Positions 31,139 through 41,274 of a stretch of 64,000 bases of DNA are shown here, one piece after another. Position 1 is the first letter of the stretch. Every line of letters starts with the position of its first letter. The translations under genes and the position numbers were made by a program. The notes beneath the pieces were generated by a model that saw nothing but the letters and a program-made list of their open reading frames with translations, was not told the origin of the DNA and ran no database searches. Origin of the DNA: an uncultured Candidatus Saccharibacteria bacterium. GTDB taxonomy: Bacteria; Patescibacteriota; Minisyncoccia; Phycocordibacterales; UBA918. The stretch covers positions 243,558 to 307,557 of the forward strand of contig CAYOAM010000001.1 in the NCBI GenBank assembly GCA_964402035.1, written 5' to 3'.

Positions 31139-31516
31139 ATGCGTATCTCTGGAATTACTATCCCTGAATCAAAAAGACTAGAATTTGGTCTGACTGCTGT
31201 ATATGGCATTGGTCGATCTCTTGCGGTTTCTATATTGAAAGAACTCAAGGTTTCTAAAGAAGCGCGTCCTGCCGAAATCACTACGGATCAGGAGAAAGCA
31301 ATTCGTGAGAAAGTTGAGTCGCTCACGATCGAAGGAGAGCTACGACGCGAAATATCAAGTAATATAAAGAGACTTAAAGACATCAAATCATATCGTGGTT
31401 CGAGGCATGCACGACGATTGCCAGCTCGCGGACAACGGACAAAGACGAACGCTCGCACGCTGAAGGGTGTCAGAAAGACGATGGGCTCTGGACGAAGAAA
31501 AGCAGAAAAGACTTAA
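31139..31516 (+). CDS. rpsM: 30S ribosomal protein S13
   Basis: MRISGITIPESKRLEFGLTAVYGIGRS N-terminus and basic C-terminal tail. Confidence 0.95.
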   Translation: MRISGITIPESKRLEFGLTAVYGIGRSLAVSILKELKVSKEARPAEITTDQEKAIREKVESLTIEGELRREISSNIKRLKDIKSYRGSRHARRLPARGQRTKTNARTLKGVRKTMGSGRRKAEKT

Positions 31517-31540
31517 TCATCTCGCTTTATACATATACCT

Positions 31541-31972
31541 ATGGGTAAGAAACGAATCATAAAGAAGAGCGGGGGCGGAGATGCGACAAATTCATCTACT
31601 GCTCTTTCACGTATCCCAAAAAAGAAAGTGGAGTCTGGAATATTATCTATTACTGCGACCTTCAACAACACCCTGGTGACGTTGAGCGATAGCCGTGGCA
31701 ATGCCCTCATCAGCGCCTCAAGTGGAGCGCTTGGTTTTAATGGCTCAAGAAAAAGTACACCGTTTGCTGCTGCAAAGGTAGGTGAGGCGATAGGAGACAA
31801 AGCACTGCAGATGGGCATGAAAGAAGCACATGTTGTTATTAAAGGTGTTGGAGCTGGACGAGAGTCAGCACTGCGTGGCTTTGCAGGAAAAGGTGTAAAC
31901 GTGACAAAAGTAAGCGACCGAACACCGATTCCGCACAACGGCCCACGAGCGCCTAAGCCACGTCGCATTTAG
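31541..31972 (+). CDS. rpsK: 30S ribosomal protein S11
   Basis: ILSITATFNNTLVTLSDSRGNALISASSG and C-terminal PIPHNGPRAPKPRR are S11 signatures. Confidence 0.95.
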   Translation: MGKKRIIKKSGGGDATNSSTALSRIPKKKVESGILSITATFNNTLVTLSDSRGNALISASSGALGFNGSRKSTPFAAAKVGEAIGDKALQMGMKEAHVVIKGVGAGRESALRGFAGKGVNVTKVSDRTPIPHNGPRAPKPRRI

Positions 31973-32003
31973 TTTTTAGACTTTATACTTTCATTTATTA
32001 CAT

Positions 32004-32612
32004 ATGATTATCGGACCAAAATATAAGATTTGTAAACGTCTCGGAGGCGCTGTGTTTGAAAAATGTCAAACACAGAAGTTTACTCTTTCGGAGGCTCGTA
32101 TTGAGAAAAAGAAGTCAAAGCGTGGAGGTCAGGCAAGTGACTTTAAGCGTCAGCTCATCGAGAAGCAGAAGATGCGTTTTAGTTATGGTATTTCGGAAAA
32201 GCAATTGGCACGCTATGTTGCACTTTCACTGGAGCACAATGCAGATCCTGTGCAGGCCTTGTTAGGAAATCTTGAGTCACGACTTGATAACGTAGTCTAT
32301 CGTCTCGGACTTGCAAAGACTCGACGTCTTGCGCGACAGTTGGTCTCGCACGGACACATTTTGGTAAATGGCAAAAAGAGCACTGTGCCGTCGCACAAAA
32401 TTCGTGAGAAGGATGTGGTCTCTGTTCGAGAAGGAAGCAAGACCAGTGTTCTTTTTGACAATCTCGTAGAGCGTGTAGATCAGAGCAGTATTCCGGTATG
32501 GCTGCGTATGGATCTTAAGGATGCACGAGGAGAGGTTATTTCAGCACCACAGCAGACAGGAACGGAGACTTTGTTTGACGCAGAACAAGTATTCGAGTTC
32601 TACAGCAGATAA
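32004..32612 (+). CDS. rpsD: 30S ribosomal protein S4
   Basis: MIIGPKYKICKRLG N-terminus and S4 domain LESRLDNVVYRLGLAKTRRLARQLVSHGHILVNGK. Confidence 0.95.
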   Translation: MIIGPKYKICKRLGGAVFEKCQTQKFTLSEARIEKKKSKRGGQASDFKRQLIEKQKMRFSYGISEKQLARYVALSLEHNADPVQALLGNLESRLDNVVYRLGLAKTRRLARQLVSHGHILVNGKKSTVPSHKIREKDVVSVREGSKTSVLFDNLVERVDQSSIPVWLRMDLKDARGEVISAPQQTGTETLFDAEQVFEFYSR

Positions 32613-32644
32613 TATTTATTAGAGCAACACATTAAGTAATATAT

Positions 32645-33610
32645 ATGCTTGAAACAAACGTCGCACTACCCTCAAAACCCCGTATCATCTCTGAAGATGC
32701 TTTTTCAGGTGTATATGAAATTGATGGCCTGTACCCTGGATACGGCCACACCCTCGGAAATTCGCTGCGCCGCATTATACTTTCGTCTCTTCCAGGTGCC
32801 GCGATCACACAGGTGAAGATCGAAGGCGTATCACATGAATTCTCAACACTTGAAGGTGTGAAGGAGGACGTGATTGCACTCCTCCTCAACCTCAAGCGCG
32901 TACGTCTTTCTATGCACGGAGGAGAACCGCTGCGTATTACACTCAAAAAGAACAGCATTGGTCCTGTAACAGCAAAGGACATTACCGCGCCAAGTCAGAT
33001 TGAAATACTTAATCCTGATCAACATATTGCAGAACTCACCGCAAAAGGAACAACACTCGAGATCGAAATGACGGTGGAGCGAGGTCTCGGATATGTGCCG
33101 CGTGATATCCATCAGAAAGATAAGGTAGACATCGGCGTTATAGCACTTGATGCTGTGTTCACTCCGGTTCGTCGTGTCAACTACGAAGTAGAAAACATGC
33201 GTGTTGGTGACCGAACTGACTACAATCGACTTCGTGTCTTCCTTGAGACTGATGGTACTATCACCCCTCGTGAGGCACTTGAAAATTCAATCGAGATTAT
33301 GGTGCACCAGCTCAAGGCAATCATCGGTTTTCAAGATACGACTCCTGCTGAATCTTCTGTAGAAATGCCTGAGGAACGAGAAGATCAAGAAGACAAGAAT
33401 GTTGACAATGATGTGCTTAAAACTCGTATTGAAACACTGGATCTTTCTATGCGAACACTCAATGCGCTTGAAGAAGCAAACATCAGAACGATCGGTGGGC
33501 TTGTTCGAAAGCGAAAAGATGATATTCTTGCGCTTGACGGAATGGGACCAAAGGGTCTTGATGAAATAGTCGTCATACTGAAACAGCTCAATGTTTCATT
33601 TAAAGAATAG
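32645..33610 (+). CDS. rpoA: DNA-directed RNA polymerase alpha subunit
   Basis: N-terminal dimerisation domain (GYGHTLGNSLRRILLSS) and C-terminal alpha-CTD with HhH (LDLSMRTLNALEEANIRTIGGL). Confidence 0.95.
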   Translation: MLETNVALPSKPRIISEDAFSGVYEIDGLYPGYGHTLGNSLRRIILSSLPGAAITQVKIEGVSHEFSTLEGVKEDVIALLLNLKRVRLSMHGGEPLRITLKKNSIGPVTAKDITAPSQIEILNPDQHIAELTAKGTTLEIEMTVERGLGYVPRDIHQKDKVDIGVIALDAVFTPVRRVNYEVENMRVGDRTDYNRLRVFLETDGTITPREALENSIEIMVHQLKAIIGFQDTTPAESSVEMPEEREDQEDKNVDNDVLKTRIETLDLSMRTLNALEEANIRTIGGLVRKRKDDILALDGMGPKGLDEIVVILKQLNVSFKE

Positions 33611-33612
33611 TC

Positions 33613-33966
33613 ATGCGTCACCACAGCAAAAACCGAGTACTAAGTCGAGATAAAGGTCAGCGGACTGCGCTGCTTCGTGGTCTTGCACAATCACTCATCA
33701 TGCATGAGAAGATTATTACGACTGAAGCAAAGGCAAAAGAATTGCGTCCGTATGCTGAAAAGCTCATTACCTGCGCAAAGGAGAATACGCTCGCTGCACG
33801 TCGTCGCGCATTGGCAACACTTGGTCAACCTGATGCATCGGTAGCAGATAAGCTTTTCGCAACCCTTGGCGTGAAGTACAAAGACCGAAACGGTGGGTAT
33901 ACGCGTATCATCAAGATGGGCAGAACAAAGGCAGGCAGAACTGAGGCGGTTATTGAATTTGTATAA
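33613..33966 (+). CDS. rplQ: 50S ribosomal protein L17
   Basis: MRHHSKNRVLSRDKGQRTALLRGLAQSLIMHEKIITT is typical of L17. Confidence 0.95.
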   Translation: MRHHSKNRVLSRDKGQRTALLRGLAQSLIMHEKIITTEAKAKELRPYAEKLITCAKENTLAARRRALATLGQPDASVADKLFATLGVKYKDRNGGYTRIIKMGRTKAGRTEAVIEFV

Positions 33967-33970
33967 ATAT

Positions 33971-34324
33971 ATGGAACAAAAAGAATTCACCATTGATGCA
34001 AAAGGAAAGCGACTTGGTCGTCTTGCTACGCAAGTGGCATCTTTGCTCATTGGAAAGGACCGCACAGACCTCGTAAAATATAAAGTGCCCGAAGTACGTG
34101 TTACGGTTATCAATGCAAGCCATCTTGATGTATCCGAAAAGAAATCTAAACAGGAGATCTACCAGACATACTCAGGTCACCCGGGAGGACGAAAGGTTGA
34201 GACCTTAGGGCACCTTGGAAAGCGACGCGGTTATGCTGAGGTCATTCGACGTACCGTGCGTGGCATGTTACCAAAAAATCGACTCCAGAGAGATAGATTA
34301 GCAAAACTGATTATCAGCGAATAA
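33971..34324 (+). CDS. rplM: 50S ribosomal protein L13
   Basis: MEQKEFTIDAKGKRLGRLATQVASLLIGK matches the L13 N-terminus. Start taken at the ATG after the rplQ stop; the track extends upstream into rplQ. Confidence 0.9.
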   Translation: MEQKEFTIDAKGKRLGRLATQVASLLIGKDRTDLVKYKVPEVRVTVINASHLDVSEKKSKQEIYQTYSGHPGGRKVETLGHLGKRRGYAEVIRRTVRGMLPKNRLQRDRLAKLIISE

Positions 34325-34332
34325 TACGACAT

Positions 34333-34734
34333 ATGGTAGCAAAAGCAGATGCATACATTGAGGCAGTAGGAAGACGAAAGACCGCTACAGCGCGTGTTCG
34401 TATTACGCCTGCAAAGGAATCAGAAATCATCGTAAACGACAAAAAACTAGAAACTTATTTCAGTGCAACCCTGGTACATGTCGTACAATCCGTGTTTGCT
34501 ATCAATGAAGGAACAAAGCCGTATAGTGTGACCGCACGAGTCTCTGGTGGTGGACTATCATCACAAGCTGAATCTATTCGTCTCGGCATTGCTCGCGCAC
34601 TTGTGAAGGAGTCACTAGACCGCCGTAAGCTTTTAAAGAAAGCAGGTTTTCTAAAGCGTGATCCTCGCAGTAAGGAGCGCAAGAAATTTGGTCTCCGCAA
34701 AGCCCGCCGTCGCCCACAGTGGTCGAAGCGTTAA
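34333..34734 (+). CDS. rpsI: 30S ribosomal protein S9
   Basis: AVGRRKTATARVRI and C-terminal KKFGLRKARRRPQWSKR. Confidence 0.95.
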   Translation: MVAKADAYIEAVGRRKTATARVRITPAKESEIIVNDKKLETYFSATLVHVVQSVFAINEGTKPYSVTARVSGGGLSSQAESIRLGIARALVKESLDRRKLLKKAGFLKRDPRSKERKKFGLRKARRRPQWSKR

Positions 34735-34736
34735 AA

Positions 34737-34762
34737 GAAAAGCCGCCAGTGCGGCTTTTCTT
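34737..34762 (+). terminator. rho-independent terminator ending the r-protein/rpoA operon
   Basis: aagccgc-cagt-gcggctt hairpin flanked by an A-run and tttc. Confidence 0.75.
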
Positions 34763-34941
34763 AGCTTTGACGGTCGGAGATATGTTTTTGCTTTTTCCTA
34801 GCAAAAACGATCGAGACGGGCTCGCGAGCGCACAGCGACTCGTGAGGTAAACGATAGGATCGTTTGCTCCGGTCCCCCGTAGAGGGGAACGGCCGATGTT
34901 GACTGAAAGGAAACAGGTCGTAGGAGGACGAAGAGGTAGTG
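34763..34941 (+). ncRNA. candidate structured small RNA of unknown class (strand uncertain)
   Basis: ORF-free on both strands and bracketed by two intrinsic terminators. At least five local hairpins: gtttttgct/agcaaaaac at 34784-34808, palindrome gctcgcgagc at 34820-34829, aaacgat-agg-atcgttt at 34849-34865, tcccc-cgtaga-gggga at 34873-34888, and tcgt-AGGAGG-acga at 34918-34931. TTGACG at 34767-34772. Confidence 0.3.
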
Positions 34942-34966
34942 AAAAAACCGCATCTGCGGTTTTTTC
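34942..34966. terminator. rho-independent terminator (bidirectional shape)
   Basis: aaaaaa-ccgc-atct-gcgg-tttttt. Confidence 0.75.
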
Positions 34967-35000
34967 ATACGTGCATATAGTATATTCTGAAAATTATGAT

Positions 35001-35029
35001 TTGACTTCTATATAAAAGCACGTTATAAT
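35001..35029 (+). promoter_or_regulatory. sigma-70-like promoter of grpE-dnaK-dnaJ (TTGACT-N17-TATAAT), leaderless geometry
   Basis: -35 TTGACT (35001-35006), 17-nt spacer, -10 TATAAT (35024-35029). Only 9 nt separate it from the grpE ATG at 35039. No CIRCE-like inverted repeat seen. Confidence 0.55.
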
Positions 35030-35038
35030 GCCGCCGCT

Positions 35039-35617
35039 ATGTTGAAGTTATTTGATGAACACGATGCCGAGTATATCCCCGAGGACATTGGGGATGATGC
35101 TACTATTGATGACGCGGAGGAAACAGATCCGTTGGCCAAAATTCAAAAACTTAAAAGTGATCTAAGGGTTTGCAACAAGGAACGAAAAGATTATCTCGAT
35201 GGATGGCAGCGGACAAAAGCAGACTATTTAAACAACAAAAAACGATTTGAAGAAGAGCGAGCGCAAATAGGTAGCAGAAGTGAGGTCAAGGTAATAGAGA
35301 AGCTGTTACCGCTCTGTGATAGCTTTGAAATGGCTCTGAAGCAATTGGGGACTGATGAAGACACGCAGAATCAGTGGAAGTCGGGACTACTACAGGTCAA
35401 CACACAACTTACTACGCTTTTAACTTCACTCAATATAACAGCTGTGGGTGAACCGGGCGAGACCTTTGACCCACAAGTCCATGAAGCCCTTTCAAATCAA
35501 ACGGTAACCGACGAAGCCAAACATGACACCGTGGTCGCAGTTCTGCAGAAGGGGTATCGACGGGAGGGGATACTGATACGCCCGGCAAAAGTAATTATTG
35601 GAATCTACGGATCATAA
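35039..35617 (+). CDS. grpE: nucleotide exchange factor GrpE
   Basis: GWQRTKADYLNNKKRFEEE coiled-coil motif and a C-terminal beta domain. First gene of grpE-dnaK-dnaJ. Confidence 0.85.
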   Translation: MLKLFDEHDAEYIPEDIGDDATIDDAEETDPLAKIQKLKSDLRVCNKERKDYLDGWQRTKADYLNNKKRFEEERAQIGSRSEVKVIEKLLPLCDSFEMALKQLGTDEDTQNQWKSGLLQVNTQLTTLLTSLNITAVGEPGETFDPQVHEALSNQTVTDEAKHDTVVAVLQKGYRREGILIRPAKVIIGIYGS

Positions 35618-35644
35618 ATCATTAATTATTTAAGAAATATATCT

Positions 35645-37507
35645 ATGGCTAAAATTTTAGGAATCGATTTGGGAACTACAAACTCAGCAGTTGCGATTAT
35701 TGAGGCTGGTGAACCGCAGATTATTGAGAATGCTGAGGGCAATCGCACAACACCTTCTATCGTTGCGATTTCAAAGACGCAAGAGCGCTTGGTGGGTCAA
35801 ATCGCAAAGCGGCAGGCTGTGACGAATCCAAAAAACACGATCTACGGTATCAAGCGTTTTATGGGTCACAATTTCAGTGACGAAGCCGTACAGCGTGATC
35901 GCGGAATGGTTTCTTATGAAGTGAAAGCAGGCGTCGACGGCGGAGTCATTGTACATCTCGGTGAAAAAGACTATCGTCCCGAAGAAGTGTCTGCAATGAT
36001 ACTCTCGAAACTCAAAGCCGATGCTGAAGCAAAACTGGGCGAAAAGATTACCGAAGCGGTTATCACCGTACCGGCATACTTTAACGATGCGCAACGGAAA
36101 GCAACACAAGATGCGGGGAAAATTGCAGGTCTTGAAGTGCGCCGCATCATCAATGAACCTACAGCTGCAGCTCTTGCATACGGATTTAATAAGAAGAAAG
36201 AAGAAAAAATTGTCGTGTTCGACTTTGGTGGAGGAACATTTGACGTCTCAGTGCTTGAGGTTGGCGATGATGTTGTCGAAGTAAAAGCGACCGATGGAGA
36301 TTCCCATATGGGCGGGAGAGATATCGATCAAAAGATCGTCCAATGGTTGATTGCTGAGTTCAAGAAATCGGAAGGTATTGATATTAGCAAGGACCCACTT
36401 GCACTACAACGACTTGATGAAGCAGCAGAAAAGGCTAAACACGAACTCTCGACCTCTACACAGAGTGAAATCAACATTCCTTTTGTCACCTCAGATGCCA
36501 ATGGTCCAAAACACTTACTACTCAGCTTGAGTCGATCACAGCTCGAAGAGCTCTCACGCGAATACATCGAACAATCAATCGTGATCACCAAACGTGCGCT
36601 TGAAGCGTCACCATTTGGCATTGCAGAAATCGATGAGGTGATTCTTGTTGGTGGACAGACACGTATGCCTGCTATCCAGAATGCTGTAAAGGCACTCTTT
36701 GGCAAAGAACCAAATCGTTCTATAAACCCTGACGAAGTAGTGGCAATTGGAGCTGCGATTCAAGCAGGAATTTTCCAGGGTGATATCAACGATATTACTC
36801 TCGTTGATGTTATTCCACTTTCACTTGGTATTGAAACACTTGGTGGTGTTGCTACAAAAGTAATCGAAAAAAATACCCACATTCCTACAAAGAAGGAGCA
36901 AGTATTCTCAACCGCTGCTGACAATCAGACGTCAGTTGAAATTCACGTCACGCAAGGTGAGCGCCCAATGGCAGCGGATAACAAGTCGTTGGGACGTTTT
37001 ATCCTGGATGGAATTCCTCCAGCACCACGCGGTCTCCCACAAGTACAAGTTACGTTTGATGTTGACTCAAATGGTGTGTTGAGTGTGGTTGCAAAAGATA
37101 AAACCTCAGGAAAAGAACAAACCATCCGTATTGAAGCAAACTCTGGGCTGACCCCCGATGATATTGAGCGCATGAAGCAAGATGCTGATGCTCACAAAGA
37201 CGAAGACGAAAAACGAAAGAAGCTCATTGATGCCAAAAACATAGCTGAACAGATGGCGTACACAGCAGAAAAATCCCTCAATGAGCACAAAGACAAAATC
37301 TCAGAAGAAATAAAGACCGGCGTTCAAGAAAAGATTACTGCATTGCGCACAGCGCTCACGGGGGAAAATGAAGAAGCTATCACCGCTGCATCCTCAGCAC
37401 TATCAACTGAAATGCAAAAAATCGGAGAAGCAGTCGCAAAGGGAAATACCACAGGAGCACCAAAGACGGAGGATACGCCACGTGACGCAGACACTACTAC
37501 CTCATAA
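35645..37507 (+). CDS. dnaK: molecular chaperone DnaK (Hsp70)
   Basis: [23 protein letters not shown] and [11 protein letters not shown] Hsp70 signatures, full length. Confidence 0.97.
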   Translation: MAKILGIDLGTTNSAVAIIEAGEPQIIENAEGNRTTPSIVAISKTQERLVGQIAKRQAVTNPKNTIYGIKRFMGHNFSDEAVQRDRGMVSYEVKAGVDGGVIVHLGEKDYRPEEVSAMILSKLKADAEAKLGEKITEAVITVPAYFNDAQRKATQDAGKIAGLEVRRIINEPTAAALAYGFNKKKEEKIVVFDFGGGTFDVSVLEVGDDVVEVKATDGDSHMGGRDIDQKIVQWLIAEFKKSEGIDISKDPLALQRLDEAAEKAKHELSTSTQSEINIPFVTSDANGPKHLLLSLSRSQLEELSREYIEQSIVITKRALEASPFGIAEIDEVILVGGQTRMPAIQNAVKALFGKEPNRSINPDEVVAIGAAIQAGIFQGDINDITLVDVIPLSLGIETLGGVATKVIEKNTHIPTKKEQVFSTAADNQTSVEIHVTQGERPMAADNKSLGRFILDGIPPAPRGLPQVQVTFDVDSNGVLSVVAKDKTSGKEQTIRIEANSGLTPDDIERMKQDADAHKDEDEKRKKLIDAKNIAEQMAYTAEKSLNEHKDKISEEIKTGVQEKITALRTALTGENEEAITAASSALSTEMQKIGEAVAKGNTTGAPKTEDTPRDADTTTS

Positions 37508-37551
37508 TCGTCCGGTTTTTGCTCAAAAGCAATATATGGCATAATGCATCT

Positions 37552-38625
37552 ATGAAGGATTACTACGAAGTACTAGGGGTGCAAAAGAGCTCTTCAGCCG
37601 ACGATATTAAGCGTGCCTTTCGTAAACTTGCAAGCAAATACCATCCTGACAAGAAAACAGGGGATGAAGCGCGTTTCAAAGAGATCAGCGAGGCATACGC
37701 GGTACTCTCGGATCAAAAGAAACGCTCTGAATACGATACGTATGGACGTTCGTTTAGTGGAGGAGCACCAAATGGTGGAGCGCAAGGATTTGGCGGTTTT
37801 GATTTCAGTGGCTTCCAAAAAAATGGCCAGGGATTTGAATTTGATCTCAATGATATTTTTGAAGGGTTTGGAGATATTTTTGGTGGTGGCCAGAAAACAA
37901 GTGGAAACCGTGGGCGAGATATTTCAATTGATATTGAAATATCATTTAAGGATGCGGTGTTTGGTGTAACACGCAATGTACTCTTAACAAAAAATGCACT
38001 CTGTGATGTCTGCAAGGGCAGTGGCGCAGCCCCAGGTAGTAGCACCCACAACTGCGCAACCTGCAACGGTAACGGCAAGGTACGAGAAACGCGTCAGTCT
38101 ATACTTGGATCATTTACCACCGTCCGTGAATGTGCAACCTGTCATGGAAAAGGAAAAGTTCCAAAGGAAACCTGTACCAACTGCAAAGGACGCGGCATTC
38201 ACAAAAAGGAGGAGGAGATTGTAATCTCCATACCAGCGGGTATTGAACATGGTGAAATGATACGCCTCACAGGAAGAGGGGAAGCAGCACAAGGTGGCGC
38301 GTCCGGTGACTTGTATGTCAAAATTCATGTTACCCCACACAAAACGATTTCGCGTGATGGGTCAAATCTCTATAGTGAACTGACGGTCAAATTGACTGAC
38401 GCACTTTTGGGTGCAACATACAACGTAGAAACACTTGATGGTCCCGTCGGAATAAAAATTCCTGAAGGAATAAAAAATAGGGAAGTGCTTCGCATACGCG
38501 GAAAAGGAGTTGGTAAAGGATCTGAACGCGGAGATTTTCTGGTACGAATTTTGATTGATATTCCACAAAAACTTTCACGTAATGCACGGAAGTTGATTGA
38601 AGAATTGCGTCACGAGGGCATATAA
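37552..38625 (+). CDS. dnaJ: molecular chaperone DnaJ
   Basis: J-domain [10 protein letters not shown]...HPD, G/F-rich region and four CxxCxGxG zinc-finger repeats. Start at the internal Met; the track starts at 37519. Confidence 0.9.
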   Translation: MKDYYEVLGVQKSSSADDIKRAFRKLASKYHPDKKTGDEARFKEISEAYAVLSDQKKRSEYDTYGRSFSGGAPNGGAQGFGGFDFSGFQKNGQGFEFDLNDIFEGFGDIFGGGQKTSGNRGRDISIDIEISFKDAVFGVTRNVLLTKNALCDVCKGSGAAPGSSTHNCATCNGNGKVRETRQSILGSFTTVRECATCHGKGKVPKETCTNCKGRGIHKKEEEIVISIPAGIEHGEMIRLTGRGEAAQGGASGDLYVKIHVTPHKTISRDGSNLYSELTVKLTDALLGATYNVETLDGPVGIKIPEGIKNREVLRIRGKGVGKGSERGDFLVRILIDIPQKLSRNARKLIEELRHEGI

Positions 38626-38633
38626 TAGAAGCA

Positions 38634-39122
38634 ATGGACTACGGGGCGATCTTAAGCTACGTACAAAGTACGCTTATTCCGATAATAATTTTCGTTGCCC
38701 TTTTTTTCTACACGATGGTGCGGGGAAGACGAGCAGTCACAAGCCTTATCCTAGGTCTCTATTTGGCACTGCTTGTTTCTTTAAAGTTCCCATATTACGC
38801 GGCTATATATGCGGCCCTGGGAAATATACTGTCTGAAGCAACACTTTCAATAATAATCTTTGCAATATTTACCGCTATGTTTTCACTTCTTATGGATCGA
38901 CTTCTATTTTATAGAATTGACGAAACTGCCTTTGAAGGGTTTGGAAAAAAGGTACTACTTGCCCTCATGGCAACCATACTCATTATGGCGTATAGCTATC
39001 ATGTACTTCCGATCACCAACCTAGTAAATCCGGGCGCTCCTGCACACATGCTGTTTGCCCCAACTGAGTACTTCTTCTGGTGGCTCATTGTACCGCTCGT
39101 TGGCTTGTTTTTTTTGTATTAG
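38634..39122 (+). CDS. hypothetical integral membrane protein
   Basis: 162 aa, about 4 TM helices, no recognised family. Confidence 0.4.
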   Translation: MDYGAILSYVQSTLIPIIIFVALFFYTMVRGRRAVTSLILGLYLALLVSLKFPYYAAIYAALGNILSEATLSIIIFAIFTAMFSLLMDRLLFYRIDETAFEGFGKKVLLALMATILIMAYSYHVLPITNLVNPGAPAHMLFAPTEYFFWWLIVPLVGLFFLY

Positions 39123-39128
39123 AAATAT

Positions 39129-40058
39129 ATGCCGCTCTGGATTCCTATTGCGCTATTGTCTACCTGTATTTATGTATGTGGAAATTTGTTTGATAAGTAT
39201 CTGCTCGATAGATTCAGAAACGAAGATGAAGGCATATCCGATGCCAATGCACTGTTCATGTTTTCATCCTTTTTTGCAATTCCTACCACCATTCTTGCTT
39301 TATACATGGGCGCATCAATGGGATTGCAGTTATATCAAATACTGATTGGATTATTGGCAGGTGTATTCAACGGACTCTATTTACTGTTATATCTACATTC
39401 AATCGCACGCGCAGAGTTATCACGAGTTACTCCCGTCTTCCAGTCAGTACCAATATTCTTGGCAATATTTGGGTACATTATCCTCAATGAAGTGCTTACA
39501 CTACCTCAGATGATAGCAGGGCTTTTTATTGTTGCAGGATCCATAACGCTCTCATACCACAAATCTGAGGGCAGATTTCATGCAGTCCCAACGCTACTTA
39601 TTTTTGGTGCCTCAATTGCTGTTTCCTTGCAGTTTGTGCTATTTAAGTATGCTGCTATTGATACGTCTTTCTGGACCAGCGTCTTGTGGAGTAGTGTAGG
39701 ATTAATCCTTTTCGGAGCAACTATTTTTATACTTAATCGAAACTCACGAAAACACTTTCTGCATATTTTTAGGGCAAGACAGTACAAAATGATATTTCTG
39801 AACTTTTGCAACGAAATAGTGGACACCACCGCACTCCTTACGCTTATGTTTGCTCAGACTCTAGGACCAATAGCCCTTGTCCAGACTGTGGACGCCTTCC
39901 ATCCGATCATATTAATGCTCGGCACATCACTACTCACAATACTTGGTTTCAAATCTATTCAAGAAGACGTTTCAAAATACACTCTAGCGCAAAAGATTGT
40001 AGGGCTGCTTTTGATTGGCATCGGTAGTGTGTATATTTATTACCCTTTGTTTAATTAA
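39129..40058 (+). CDS. EamA/DMT-superfamily transporter
   Basis: About 10 TM helices in two tandem 5-TM halves, typical of the drug/metabolite transporter superfamily. Confidence 0.6.
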   Translation: MPLWIPIALLSTCIYVCGNLFDKYLLDRFRNEDEGISDANALFMFSSFFAIPTTILALYMGASMGLQLYQILIGLLAGVFNGLYLLLYLHSIARAELSRVTPVFQSVPIFLAIFGYIILNEVLTLPQMIAGLFIVAGSITLSYHKSEGRFHAVPTLLIFGASIAVSLQFVLFKYAAIDTSFWTSVLWSSVGLILFGATIFILNRNSRKHFLHIFRARQYKMIFLNFCNEIVDTTALLTLMFAQTLGPIALVQTVDAFHPIILMLGTSLLTILGFKSIQEDVSKYTLAQKIVGLLLIGIGSVYIYYPLFN

Positions 40059-40062
40059 GTTT

Positions 40063-40902
40063 ATGACAAACAAGGTAAGCACTAATAGAATACTGACCGT
40101 AGATAGATTGATGCAAGACAAAAAATCTTTTGACGAGTACGTTTATACCCCCTGGAGGGATGCGATTTCAATTCTCAATGATAGACAGCAGGATACAGTG
40201 TTAGACACTAGCATTAAACATTTGTTGCCCGAAGGACCTCCTCACATTATGATAACCAAGAAATGTATGGTTCTTGGTAGGCATGTTGCAACGCCCAATT
40301 ATGAAATGCATCGTTTTGCAATGTGTGCTGATGTCCTAAAGGAGTTGAACCCAATCATTTTTGAGTATCTTGGCGATAAATTTACCGACACAAATAGTTT
40401 TAAAGCATCCCTAGGTAAGCTGCGATTATATCGAGCTGCGTTCAATAGTAAAGAACCACATTTTGAGTACAGACACGTTGCAGAAATGCAGTGTCACAAG
40501 TGTAAAAGTATAGAGGACATGAAGACAATGTGGGGAGAATCCTTGGTTGGCTTTCATCATAAACTTTTTACTGACACTTTTAACAGTGAAAAATTTTATT
40601 TGTTTGACGCTACCCAGTGGCTGCATAGACATGGAAACAGTGCCGAACAGTATTATCTTGCATATATGAGCCTTTTTTTAAAGCATGGAATTCTTTTTGA
40701 AAATTTTTCTTTAACACATAAAGAGAAAGAATTCACCACAAGAGTGGTGCTGGCTACAATAAGCAAGATGATCGAGCTTACAGGATATAAGCCACTTATT
40801 GTTGCACTAGAACCCACAGATCTTGAAGATGACAGATTTTGGTACTCATACCCATTCTCCAGAAAAACAGCTATTGATAACTTAATTCAAACAAAAGCTT
40901 AA
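40063..40902 (+). CDS. hypothetical protein (in an AT-rich segment)
   Basis: About 280-aa soluble ORF with no recognisable domain. Start taken at the ATG after the upstream stop. Confidence 0.4.
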   Translation: MTNKVSTNRILTVDRLMQDKKSFDEYVYTPWRDAISILNDRQQDTVLDTSIKHLLPEGPPHIMITKKCMVLGRHVATPNYEMHRFAMCADVLKELNPIIFEYLGDKFTDTNSFKASLGKLRLYRAAFNSKEPHFEYRHVAEMQCHKCKSIEDMKTMWGESLVGFHHKLFTDTFNSEKFYLFDATQWLHRHGNSAEQYYLAYMSLFLKHGILFENFSLTHKEKEFTTRVVLATISKMIELTGYKPLIVALEPTDLEDDRFWYSYPFSRKTAIDNLIQTKA

Positions 40903-40922
40903 ATTTGTTATTATTGGGTTAT

Positions 40923-41273
40923 ATGCGTACAACATCCATCGTATATGTAATCGTAGGGATAGTATTCTTGGCTATCATATTCGTTCGCTTTAAGGAATAT
41001 ACAATCGAGAGAGACTTTAATGTGTTTTCATATGTACCATGTGATAGTGTTTTTGAGAATTGTTTTAGAACAGTGTGCGCAGATGATAGTCCCGACTGTG
41101 AAATTATAGATTATAAAAAAATTATTATTAGCGCAAAGATAGCCCCTCAATGTGTTTATGAGCATGACTGCAGTAGTTTTAGCTGCGACGCTTTAGAGAA
41201 TTGTAATGTAGTGTATTGTGATGACGCAACGCTTGAGGAGGGTGAGTCATGCACATCGCCTTTAAATAATTAG
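40923..41273 (+). CDS. membrane-anchored cysteine-rich small protein
   Basis: N-terminal TM (IVYVIVGIVFLAIIFV) followed by about 85 aa containing 12 Cys. Confidence 0.35.
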   Translation: MRTTSIVYVIVGIVFLAIIFVRFKEYTIERDFNVFSYVPCDSVFENCFRTVCADDSPDCEIIDYKKIIISAKIAPQCVYEHDCSSFSCDALENCNVVYCDDATLEEGESCTSPLNN

Positions 41274-41274
41274 T

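Noticed and set aside
34900-34925. Assigning the rpsI-grpE intergenic structured region as SRP (4.5S) RNA, based on GAAAGGAAACAGG resembling the GGAAGGAAGCAGC domain-IV motif.
   Set aside because: The similarity is partial (about 9 of 13). I could not draw the conserved helix-8 symmetric loops or the 5'/3' closing helix by eye. It is left as an unclassified ncRNA candidate pending a covariance-model search.
34960-35038. Searched for a CIRCE element (TTAGCACTC-N9-GAGTGCTAA) upstream of grpE-dnaK-dnaJ.
   Set aside because: No such inverted repeat is present between the upstream terminator and the grpE ATG. Only a sigma-70-like TTGACT-N17-TATAAT promoter was found.
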